51,291 bases of DNA from Deltaproteobacteria bacterium GWC2_42_11 (GTDB lineage: Bacteria > Desulfobacterota > GWC2-55-46 > UBA9637 > GWC2-42-11): NCBI GenBank assembly GCA_001797495.1, contig MGPS01000004.1, positions 1-51,291 of the forward strand, written 5' to 3'. Positions 1 to 8,049 of the stretch are shown piece after piece. The number at the start of each line of letters is the position of its first letter. The first letter of the stretch is position 1. The notes under the pieces are model-generated. The model saw only the letters and a program-made list of their open reading frames with translations, did not search any database and was not told the origin of the DNA. The position numbers were made by a program, and so were the translations under genes.

Positions 1-126
1 GTTTCTAATGACAACGTCGCGATGGGCGTGGATGTTTGCATCAATAAGATCACAGACATGCCAGCCAGCCTTTTCAAGAAGGCTGTCAATGATTTCGCGC
101 GCTTTATCTTCAGGCGTTCGAGGCAC
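1..126 (-). CDS. hsdR: Type I restriction enzyme R subunit, N-terminal fragment (runs off the window edge)
   Basis: Manual translation from GTG at 126: MPRTPEDKAREIIDSLLEKAGWHVCDLIDANIHAHRDVVIRN, matching the TPExKARxxIDxxLxxAGW start of HsdR proteins. Not in the ORF track. Confidence 0.75.
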   Translation of the reverse strand, partial: MPRTPEDKAREIIDSLLEKAGWHVCDLIDANIHAHRDVVIRN

Positions 127-161
127 TCTCTTTTTTTACCTCAATAGTTAATGGATTCTAT

Positions 162-1895
162 TCACTTGAGCGCACCCTTTACCTTTTCCAAAAGTTCATC
201 TCTCTTGCACAAAAATGGTGTTGTTTCCTTTCTTAACTTTATCTCAACCATTCCATTTTCAAGATTCTTGCTGCCTATTGTGAGCCTTATCGGCACACCT
301 ATTAAATCAGCATCTTTGAATTTCATGCCAGCCCTTTCATCCCGGTCGTCCATTAAAACACTAATGCCTGCTGTCTCAAGTTCATTATAAATGCCCTCTG
401 CCGCATCCATTACGGTTCTGTCATTCACATTAACAGGCACAATATGGACATGAAAAGGCGCAAGGGGAAAGGGCCAGATTATGCCGTCTTTGTCATGGTT
501 TTGTTCAATTGAGGCGGCGGCAGTCCTTCCGATGCCGATGCCGTAACATCCCATTATAAAAGGTCTCTCCTTGCCGTTCTCATCAAGGAATGCTGCATTC
601 ATTGACTCGCTGTATTTTGCGCCGAGTTTAAATATATGCCCAACTTCAATCCCTCTCATAATCTCAAGTGTGCCATCGCATCTTGGACAATTGTCCCCTG
701 AAACCACATTTCTTAAATCTGCAAATGTCTCTACCTTGAAATCCCTGTCAATATTCACATTTATAAAATGCGCATCCTTCTCATTAGCGCCTGTTACTGC
801 ATTTTTAATACCATGAATGCTGTAGTCTGCAATGATTTTGCATTTCAGTCCTACAGGTCCTGCAAAGCCAGAAGGAGCATTTGTTATATCCCTTACAGTT
901 TTATCATCCGCCAGTTTAACCCAGTCTGCATCAACTGCTCCCTGATTAAAAATTTCAGGGACATGCTTTTTGAGTTTTGTCTCATTTAATTCATAATCAC
1001 CCCTTAATAGAACTGCAAAACTTCCGATACTACTATCATAAATCAAAGTCTTTACAAGGAGTTGCGGATTAACCTTAAGAAATTTACTCACCTCTTCAAC
1101 TGACTTCATATGCGGCGTAGAAACCTTTGTTAGAGGTTTTTCCCCTGACACCTGACACCTGACACCTGACACCTGTCTTCTTGCTTCTGCCTTTTCAATA
1201 TTCGCCGCATAATTGCATTTATTGCAGCTTGCAATAGCATCTTCGCCTGTTTCTGCAAGAACCATAAACTCGTGCGAGAAACTCCCGCCAATCTGCCCTG
1301 TGTCTGCCTCAACTGCTTTGAATTTAAGCCCGCACCTTTCAAATATCCTCGTATATGTCTCATACATATTCTTATATTCTCTTTCAGCGCATTCTTCTGT
1401 TGCGTGAAATGAATATGCATCCTTCATTATAAATTCCCTGCCGCGCATAAGTCCAAAACGCGGTCTAATCTCATCCCTGAATTTTGTCTGGATTTGATAA
1501 AAGTTTAAAGGGAGTTGTCTGTAAGAGCGGACATCTCGCCTCACCATATCTGTTATGACCTCTTCATGCGTTGGACCCAAACAAAAATCCCTGTCATGCC
1601 TGTCCTTTAGTCTTAAAAGTTCCCTGCCGTAAACATCCCACCGTTTACTCTCCTGCCATAGTTCGGATGGAATGACCATTGGCATTAGGACTTCCTGTGC
1701 CCCTGCCCTGTTCATCTCTTCACGCACAATATTTTCCACCTTTTTTATGACCCGCAGTCCAAGAGGCAGAAAATTATAAATCCCGGATGCAACCTTTCTT
1801 ATCATGCCAGCCCTGAGCATCAACTGGTGGCTTATGACCTCTGCATCCTTTGGCGCCTCTTTAATTGTTGGAACAAGCATCTTTGTAAAACGCAT
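162..1895 (-). CDS. proS: Proline--tRNA ligase (with INS editing domain)
   Basis: LGPTHEE, FRDEIRPRFGLMRGREF, GIEVGHIFKLG and MGCYGIG motifs. Start placed at ATG 1895 (MRFTKM) after GGAG. Confidence 0.98.
   Translation of the reverse strand: MRFTKMLVPTIKEAPKDAEVISHQLMLRAGMIRKVASGIYNFLPLGLRVIKKVENIVREEMNRAGAQEVLMPMVIPSELWQESKRWDVYGRELLRLKDRHDRDFCLGPTHEEVITDMVRRDVRSYRQLPLNFYQIQTKFRDEIRPRFGLMRGREFIMKDAYSFHATEECAEREYKNMYETYTRIFERCGLKFKAVEADTGQIGGSFSHEFMVLAETGEDAIASCNKCNYAANIEKAEARRQVSGVRCQVSGEKPLTKVSTPHMKSVEEVSKFLKVNPQLLVKTLIYDSSIGSFAVLLRGDYELNETKLKKHVPEIFNQGAVDADWVKLADDKTVRDITNAPSGFAGPVGLKCKIIADYSIHGIKNAVTGANEKDAHFINVNIDRDFKVETFADLRNVVSGDNCPRCDGTLEIMRGIEVGHIFKLGAKYSESMNAAFLDENGKERPFIMGCYGIGIGRTAAASIEQNHDKDGIIWPFPLAPFHVHIVPVNVNDRTVMDAAEGIYNELETAGISVLMDDRDERAGMKFKDADLIGVPIRLTIGSKNLENGMVEIKLRKETTPFLCKRDELLEKVKGALK
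939..966. repeat. 7-9-7 palindrome inserted in frame in proS
   Basis: TCCCTGA-TTAAAAATT-TCAGGGA-CATGC, encoding HVPEIFNQG. Related copy in leuS at 43709. Confidence 0.7.
1144..1192. repeat. Heptamer tandem array in proS
   Basis: (CCTGACA)x4 perfect at 1144-1171 plus three degenerate units; encodes ARRQVSGVRCQVS. Confidence 0.95.
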
Positions 1896-1905
1896 AGAAT
1901 CTCCT

Positions 1906-2961
1906 TTACCCTGCAATCCTTTCTACCTCTTTTATAACGGTTTCAATAATTTTATCTTCTTTAACCTTTTTTACAGCCTTGCCTTTGATATACAGCATGC
2001 CAGCCCCATCACCCCCTGCTATACCAATGTCTGATTCTATTGCCTCTCCCGGACCATTAACAACGCAGCCCATAACAGCCACATTTATCGGCTTTGTTAT
2101 ATGCGACAATCTCTTTTCTATTTCTGTGGCAAGTTTTATCGCATCGATTTTGATTCTGCCGCATGTCGGGCAGGAGATAATATTAACCCCTCTCTCCCTT
2201 AATTTCAGAGACTTTAAGATCTCCCAACCTACCCGCACCTCTTCCACAGGGTCGCCTGTTAAAGACACACGAAGCGTATCGCCAAGCCCTTCTGACAGGA
2301 GGATTCCAAGCCCGACAGCGGATTTTATAGAGCCTGAAAATATAGTCCCAGCCTCTGTTATGCCTATATGGAACGGATAATCCACCTTTTTTGCAAGGAG
2401 CCTGTATGCCTCTATCGTCTTCCATATATCAGATGCTTTCAGCGAAACCTTTATATCAAAAAAATCGAGTTCCTCAAGTATGCGGATATGCCGCAAGGCG
2501 CTCTCAACCATACCTCCTGAAGTTGGATGACCATGTTTTTCTAAAATATCCTTTTCAAGAGAACCTGCATTTATGCCTATTCGTATAGGTATTCGTCTTT
2601 CCTTTGCAGCCTTGACAACCTCTTTAATCCGTTTTTTATCTCCAATATTTCCGGGATTTAATCGCAAGCCGTCAACACCCTTTTCAATTGCCTTTAATGC
2701 AAGTCTATAATCAAAATGTATGTCAGCGATTAGAGGTATTTTTATCCTTTTTTTTATCTTATCCAGAACATTTGCTGCGTCCTGATTTAACACAGCAACC
2801 CTTACAATCTCGCACCCTGATTTTTCCAGCGCCTTGATTTGCCGGACAGTCTCATTCACATCAAGGGTGTCTGTATTTGTCATGGACTGGACAGAAACAG
2901 GCGCATCTCCTCCCACCTTTACATTGCCGATTGTTATCTGCCTTGTCTTGCGTCTTCTCAT
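1906..2961 (-). CDS. ispG: (E)-4-hydroxy-3-methylbut-2-enyl-diphosphate synthase
   Basis: VQSMTNT, ADIHFD, RLNPGN, SCPTCGR and [10 protein letters not shown] motifs. Confidence 0.98.
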   Translation of the reverse strand: MRRRKTRQITIGNVKVGGDAPVSVQSMTNTDTLDVNETVRQIKALEKSGCEIVRVAVLNQDAANVLDKIKKRIKIPLIADIHFDYRLALKAIEKGVDGLRLNPGNIGDKKRIKEVVKAAKERRIPIRIGINAGSLEKDILEKHGHPTSGGMVESALRHIRILEELDFFDIKVSLKASDIWKTIEAYRLLAKKVDYPFHIGITEAGTIFSGSIKSAVGLGILLSEGLGDTLRVSLTGDPVEEVRVGWEILKSLKLRERGVNIISCPTCGRIKIDAIKLATEIEKRLSHITKPINVAVMGCVVNGPGEAIESDIGIAGGDGAGMLYIKGKAVKKVKEDKIIETVIKEVERIAG

Positions 2962-2969
2962 TTCAATGC

Positions 2970-2998
2970 AATATAAAAAAGAATGCCATATAAGTCAA
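2970..2998 (-). promoter_or_regulatory. sigma70 promoter of ispG-proS
   Basis: TTGACT-17 bp-TATATT on the minus strand. Confidence 0.65.
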
Positions 2999-3008
2999 TT
3001 TTTAAAAT

Positions 3009-3046
3009 AAAAAAGGCAGTGTCCTTTTTAAGACACTGCCTTTTTT
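3009..3046. terminator. Intrinsic terminator, probably bidirectional
   Basis: AAAAAAGGCAGTGTC-loop-GACACTGCCTTTTTT, downstream of the 3068-3448 gene. Confidence 0.85.
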
Positions 3047-3067
3047 GAGAAAATCATCAAGGAAAGG

Positions 3068-3448
3068 TTATTTCTTCATTTCCTTCTTCATTTCCATAGC
3101 CTTTATTTCCAGAGACTTACACATATGCTTACCATCCATCATAGCATACTTACACGCAACCTTATCACCGACTTTTACATCTGCGAGTGTTTTGGCATCT
3201 TTGCCTGATGTAATCTTTGTATCAGCAGAAACACCACAAGTTATGTCGCCCTTATCAGTCTTCACGGTAAATGTATTTGCCTTTGCATCAACAGCGGATA
3301 TTTCGCCTGTTGCCTGGCTTACCTTTTCAGGCGCCTTTTTCTCTTCCTTCTTTGCAGGCTCTGCTGCCTTCTTCTCTGCTGCAACTGTTACACCAACAAA
3401 TACAACGCTGACCATAACAGCCAAAAGAATTGTAAATACCTTCTTCAT
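3068..3448 (-). CDS. Small exported protein, probable OB-fold-like beta-barrel
   Basis: Signal peptide MKKVFTILLAVMVSVVFVGVTVA, GEISAVD...DVKVGDKV pattern, strong RBS AGGAGGTG. Confidence 0.8.
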   Translation of the reverse strand: MKKVFTILLAVMVSVVFVGVTVAAEKKAAEPAKKEEKKAPEKVSQATGEISAVDAKANTFTVKTDKGDITCGVSADTKITSGKDAKTLADVKVGDKVACKYAMMDGKHMCKSLEIKAMEMKKEMKK

Positions 3449-3498
3449 CTAGTCTTCACCTCCTTTCCGGATAATTTTTTATTTACCATATTAAATAT

Positions 3499-3514
3499 AG
3501 CAGTAACTATGCCA
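3499..3514 (-). promoter_or_regulatory. sigma54 (-24/-12) promoter
   Basis: TGGCATAGTTACTGCT versus consensus TGGCAC-N5-TTGCW, with correct GG-N10-GC spacing. Confidence 0.8.
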
Positions 3515-3541
3515 ATTTCTTAAAATAAAAAACCACAAGCA

Positions 3542-3554
3542 TATCAATATGTTG
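3542..3554 (+). promoter_or_regulatory. IHF binding site (inside a terminator-like hairpin, 3527-3563)
   Basis: TATCAATATGTTG matches WATCAANNNNTTR exactly and lies between the sigma54 promoter and the candidate enhancer. Confidence 0.6.
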
Positions 3555-3596
3555 TGGTTTTTTTAAATATATCTGCAGATCAAAATACTATTCTGC

Positions 3597-3634
3597 TATA
3601 CCATTTGGTATATTCTAATATACCTTTTGGGTTA
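3597..3634. promoter_or_regulatory. Candidate tandem enhancer (UAS) for the NtrC-family activator
   Basis: TATACCA-TT-TGGTATA (3597-3612) and degenerate TATACCT-TT-TGGGTTA (3619-3634), 22 bp apart. Confidence 0.55.
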
Positions 3635-5011
3635 TCGCACCTCTTTCTTTATACCAAATTTTTCAAGCCTGTATTGGAGTGTTCTGTAGGATATTCCCAA
3701 AAGGCTGGCAGCCTTTGCAATAACCCAGTTTGATTTTATCATAGCCTTTAAAAGCACCACTTTCTCAAACTCCTCAAGCGACATGCCTTCATCCGGTATT
3801 TCAAAGTCTATCTTCCCTATCTGGTAGGGTCTGTTTTTTATCTCCATAGGCAGGGCATCTGCATCCAGTATCTTTCCATCTGTTAAGAGGACAGCCCTCT
3901 CAATAATAGATTCCAGTTGCCTGACATTCCCTGGCCAGTTGTAGTTCATAATGAGGTTCAGGGCATCATCAGATATATCCTTTATTTCCTTGCCGGATGC
4001 CATACTGTACCTCTCAATAAAATACCCTGCCAGTTCAGGTATGTCTTCCTTCCTCTCACGCAGGGGAGGCAGGCATATTGCAATAACATTCAATCTATAA
4101 AAAAGGTCTTCCCTGAATCTGTTCTTTTTAATCTCTTCCTCAAGGTTTTTATTTGTGGCAGCAACTATCCTGACATCTGACTTTATATTCTCTTTACCCC
4201 CAAGCCGTCTTATCTCCCGCTCCTGTATGGTTCTAAGGAGTTTTGCCTGCAATGCCGTGCCCATATCTCCAATCTCATCCAAAAATAGTGTGCCTCCGTC
4301 CGCATATTCAAACAGTCCTATCTTTCTTGCAAATGCGCCTGTAAATGCCCCCTTCTCATATCCGAAGAGTTCACTTTCAAGAAGGTTCTCCGGTATAGCG
4401 GCGCAGTTTATTGCCATAAAAGGCTTATCCCTTCGCTGTGAATTATGGTGTATCCCCTTTGCAATGAGTTCCTTGCCTGTCCCGCTCTCTCCGTATATAA
4501 GGACAGTGGAATTGCTTGCAGAGACCTTTTCCGCTATCCTGATACATTCTCTCATCTTATTGTTTGTGCCTATAATAATATTATCCAGTTTAAACCTTTC
4601 CCTTAACTCTGCCTTAAGCGAGATATTCTCTTTCAGGAGGTTTGCCTTATCAACAGCGTTTTTTATAACAATAATAATTTCATCCCTGTCCAAAGGCTTT
4701 GTAAGATAATCAAAGGCGCCGTGTTTCATAGCGCCAACAGCAGAACTTATTGTGCCGTGGGCAGTCATAATAACTATACTTACCCATTGAGACGCTTTAA
4801 GTATCTCTTTCATAAGTTGAATGCCGTCCATGCCCGGCATCTTTAAGTCTGTAAGGATGCAGTCAAAGGAACTCCTCTGAACTATCCTCAAAGCATCTCT
4901 GCCGCTGCCTGCTGCTGTTACATCATAACCCTCATCTTCAAGGATGGTTTTAAGTATCTCCCTCTGCCCCTTTTCATCATCAACAACAAGTATGCTGCCT
5001 TTTTCTGTCAT
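3632..5011 (-). CDS. sigma54-dependent response regulator (REC-AAA+-Fis HTH)
   Basis: REC domain (DD...DLKMP), GESGTGKE, GAFTGA, RFREDLFYRL, WPGNVRQL, C-terminal HTH. Confidence 0.97.
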   Translation of the reverse strand: MTEKGSILVVDDEKGQREILKTILEDEGYDVTAAGSGRDALRIVQRSSFDCILTDLKMPGMDGIQLMKEILKASQWVSIVIMTAHGTISSAVGAMKHGAFDYLTKPLDRDEIIIVIKNAVDKANLLKENISLKAELRERFKLDNIIIGTNNKMRECIRIAEKVSASNSTVLIYGESGTGKELIAKGIHHNSQRRDKPFMAINCAAIPENLLESELFGYEKGAFTGAFARKIGLFEYADGGTLFLDEIGDMGTALQAKLLRTIQEREIRRLGGKENIKSDVRIVAATNKNLEEEIKKNRFREDLFYRLNVIAICLPPLRERKEDIPELAGYFIERYSMASGKEIKDISDDALNLIMNYNWPGNVRQLESIIERAVLLTDGKILDADALPMEIKNRPYQIGKIDFEIPDEGMSLEEFEKVVLLKAMIKSNWVIAKAASLLGISYRTLQYRLEKFGIKKEVR

Positions 5012-5038
5012 AATACCTCAACTGACATATTATTGTGT

Positions 5039-6478
5039 TTATCCCTTATGCGCCGGCAATTTAATTATTGCTGTTGTGCCCATGCTGTATTCGCTTTTTA
5101 TATCAATGCCTCCGCCGTGTTCTTCTACTATCCGTTTTGTAATAGAAAGACCAAGTCCTATCCCTACTTCTTTTGTGGTAAAATACGGCTCATAAACCTT
5201 CATTAAATTTTCTTCAAGGATACCGCATCCATTGTCTAAAACCTTAATAATGATATGCTCATCATTCTTTGATGCCTCTACTATTATTCTGCCCTTATTT
5301 CCCTCCACTGCCTGAATGGAATTCAGTATAAGATTAAGTATGCAGATTTTTATCTGCTGGGCATCTACAGGCGCAGTAAGATCATCCTCTGAAAACCTTT
5401 TCTCTACTATAATATTGTCCTCCAGTATCTTATGTTCCACAACCCTTAATACATCTTCAATTATGGTATCTAAAGGTATATTCTGGATTTTCAATTTAAG
5501 CGGTTTTCCGTAATCCAGAAAGTTTACTATCATGTTATTCAGTCTCTGAACTTCTCCTTTTATTCCATTGATTGTATTGATAAATTCTTCTTTGCACCTC
5601 TCATCATCAGGGGAAAACTTATTCGCTATATGGGCAATACTCAGGTTTATAAAATTCAGGGGGTTTCGCACCTCATGGGCAATCCCTGATGCAAGATGTC
5701 CTATAGTTGAAAGGTGTTCAGCCTCTTTAAGTCTTGCCTCCAGTTCCTTTGTCTCTGAAAGTCCCTTTACCATCTTGTTAAAGTGCTCTGTAAGTTTTTT
5801 TATCTCACCTCCACCTTTTTCAGGAAGACTGATTGCGAGGTCGCCTGACGCGACCCTTTCTGCCGCTGCTGATAGATTATTTATGGGACGGGTATACCGC
5901 GTTGCAAGAAATACAGAGGTAATGATACCGATTACAAATACAATGCCTGTGGCAAAAAGTCTTTTAATATTATTTGAGTGCATGAGTTCTGCAAAATCAT
6001 CAAACTGCATTGCTATATGGACAAACCCGAACTGCTCATTGCCTACAACAACAGGAAGGAATATATCGTAGTTCCTCCGTCCCTTTGCGATGCTCATAAA
6101 CTCCTGCACCTCACTGGATGTCTTAACCCTGTCCCCCTTTATATCAATAACCTTGCCTGTAAGCGCAGGGTTGGAACTTGCAATAACCTCTCTCTCATTG
6201 GTTAAGATGGATACCTCTTTTATCCCCTTTCCCTTTACCCTCTCAACATATTGTTTGAGTTTTATATCACTTATTTCATCAGACGGGTTTGTTAATTGCT
6301 CTATGCTTATCTGAATCGCAGCAGAGAGTTCATCAGTATGCCTCTCCACCTGCCTTATCAATTCCCTTTCAGCCCTTGTGTAAATGGCAAGGAGCAAGAC
6401 CATTAGGATAGCTGACAGAAGTAACATTATAAAAATAAGTTTTGCCTTAAGCCCTGATATGTCTACGCGGCGGAACAA
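5039..6478 (-). CDS. HAMP-domain sensor histidine kinase
   Basis: Two TM segments, HAMP, AHEVRNPL H-box, DNGCGI, FTTK and GLGL boxes. Start moved to TTG 6478, which follows AGGAGG and lies downstream of a sigma70 promoter. Confidence 0.93.
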   Translation of the reverse strand: MFRRVDISGLKAKLIFIMLLLSAILMVLLLAIYTRAERELIRQVERHTDELSAAIQISIEQLTNPSDEISDIKLKQYVERVKGKGIKEVSILTNEREVIASSNPALTGKVIDIKGDRVKTSSEVQEFMSIAKGRRNYDIFLPVVVGNEQFGFVHIAMQFDDFAELMHSNNIKRLFATGIVFVIGIITSVFLATRYTRPINNLSAAAERVASGDLAISLPEKGGGEIKKLTEHFNKMVKGLSETKELEARLKEAEHLSTIGHLASGIAHEVRNPLNFINLSIAHIANKFSPDDERCKEEFINTINGIKGEVQRLNNMIVNFLDYGKPLKLKIQNIPLDTIIEDVLRVVEHKILEDNIIVEKRFSEDDLTAPVDAQQIKICILNLILNSIQAVEGNKGRIIVEASKNDEHIIIKVLDNGCGILEENLMKVYEPYFTTKEVGIGLGLSITKRIVEEHGGGIDIKSEYSMGTTAIIKLPAHKG

Positions 6479-6500
6479 CGAAAGCCTCCTTTTTTTAACA

Positions 6501-6529
6501 ATCTTAAAAAAGAAATCCATATAAGTCAA
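6501..6529 (-). promoter_or_regulatory. sigma70 promoter of the kinase/regulator operon, near-copy of the ispG promoter
   Basis: TTGACT-17 bp-TAAGAT; spacer 15/17 identical to the ispG promoter spacer. Confidence 0.65.
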
Positions 6530-6688
6530 TTTATAGTTTGGTCTGTTACCATTCCTTGACACTGTCTCACCTCTTATGTTAATCAAGATTTATAGAAGAG
6601 GGGCTAGGGACTGGAAAGAGTTTTGAGTTAGGAAAGAATAAACCCTCATCTCCAGTCTCCAGTTTCTTTATTGTTCAAGGAGGTATAA

Positions 6689-7972
6689 ATGAAATTTTCA
6701 AAATCATCAAAACTTTTAGAGAGGGCAAAAAACATTCTGCCGGGCGGGGTAAATAGTCCTGTGAGGGCGTTCAGGGCTGTAGGCAGCAATCCGCCCTTTA
6801 TAAAAAAGGCAAAGGGTTCAAAGATATATGATATAGACGGCAATATATTTATAGATTATGTGGGTTCGTGGGGGCCCATGATTTTGGGGCACTGTCATCC
6901 AAAGGTCGCAGAAGCAGTTAAAAAGGCAGTTGATAAAGGCACAAGTTACGGTGCGCCAACGCCGCTTGAGGTAGAACTTGCTGAACTTGTTCTTGAGGCA
7001 TTTCCGTCCATGGAAATGGTCAGGTTTGTAAATTCCGGGACAGAGGCTGCAATGGGGGTGATAAGACTTGCAAGGGCATATACAAAAAGGGACAGGATAA
7101 TAAAATTTGAAGGCTGCTATCACGGACATTCTGACAGTTTACTTGTAAAGGCAGGTTCAGGTGCAACCACTTTAGGCGTCCCAGACAGCCCTGGTGTGCC
7201 TGCAGATATTGCAAAGAACACATACACCGCTGTTTACAACGATATAAATTCTGTAAAAATGCTTTTTGAAAAAGACCCTGAAGGCATTGCCTGTGTAATA
7301 GTTGAACCTGTGCCCGGGAATATGGGTGTTGTCCTCCCGCAAAATGATTTCCTGAAAAAACTTAAATCCCTCTGTGAAAGATACGGGGCACTCTTGATAC
7401 TTGATGAGGTTATGAGCGGTTTCAGGAGTACATTCGGCGGCGTCCAAAAACTATATGAAATAGACCCTGATATGACATGCCTTGGAAAGGTCATCGGCGG
7501 CGGCTTACCGGTTGGTGCGTTCGGCGGAAAGAAAAAGATAATGCAAAATCTATCCCCTTCAGGACCAGTATATCAGGCAGGCACATTATCAGGAAACCCC
7601 CTTGCCATGACAGCAGGGATTGCCACACTGAAGGAACTTAAGAAAAAGGGTGTTTATGAAAAACTTTTATCCACAACAGATAAATTATGCAATGGGGTTG
7701 AAGAGATGGCAAAAAAGAAAGGTCTGCCTGCACGACTTGCAAAATCAGGCTCTATGTTTACACTGTTTTTTACAGACTCCCCTGTCCATAACTATTCGGA
7801 TGCCAAAAAATCAAACCTTGAAAAGTTTGGAAAGTATTTCAGAAAGATGCTTGAAAATTGTGTGTATCTGCCGCCGTCTCAGTTTGAGGCTATATTTGTA
7901 TCAACTGCCCATACAGATAAGGATATTGCAAAAACCCTTGATGCAGTAAAAAAGGCATTCAGGGCAATATAA
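6689..7972 (+). CDS. hemL: Glutamate-1-semialdehyde 2,1-aminomutase
   Basis: PGGVNSPVRAF, SGTEA, GCYHGH, DEVMSGFR, GKVIGGG and YQAGTLSGNP motifs. Confidence 0.98.
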   Translation: MKFSKSSKLLERAKNILPGGVNSPVRAFRAVGSNPPFIKKAKGSKIYDIDGNIFIDYVGSWGPMILGHCHPKVAEAVKKAVDKGTSYGAPTPLEVELAELVLEAFPSMEMVRFVNSGTEAAMGVIRLARAYTKRDRIIKFEGCYHGHSDSLLVKAGSGATTLGVPDSPGVPADIAKNTYTAVYNDINSVKMLFEKDPEGIACVIVEPVPGNMGVVLPQNDFLKKLKSLCERYGALLILDEVMSGFRSTFGGVQKLYEIDPDMTCLGKVIGGGLPVGAFGGKKKIMQNLSPSGPVYQAGTLSGNPLAMTAGIATLKELKKKGVYEKLLSTTDKLCNGVEEMAKKKGLPARLAKSGSMFTLFFTDSPVHNYSDAKKSNLEKFGKYFRKMLENCVYLPPSQFEAIFVSTAHTDKDIAKTLDAVKKAFRAI

Positions 7973-7978
7973 CTAACC

Positions 7979-8007
7979 TTGACAAAAAGCTTTTTCGTGC
8001 ATAAATT
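7979..8007 (+). promoter_or_regulatory. sigma70 promoter of dnaK
   Basis: TTGACA-17 bp-TAAATT. Confidence 0.6.
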
Positions 8008-8049
8008 TTACCTAACTACACCCTTATAGACATAGGAGGATAAATTATT

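Noticed and set aside
6479-6586. Longer N-terminus of the histidine kinase in the ORF track
   Set aside because: It overlaps the predicted promoter; AGGAGG followed by TTG at 6478 is the better start.
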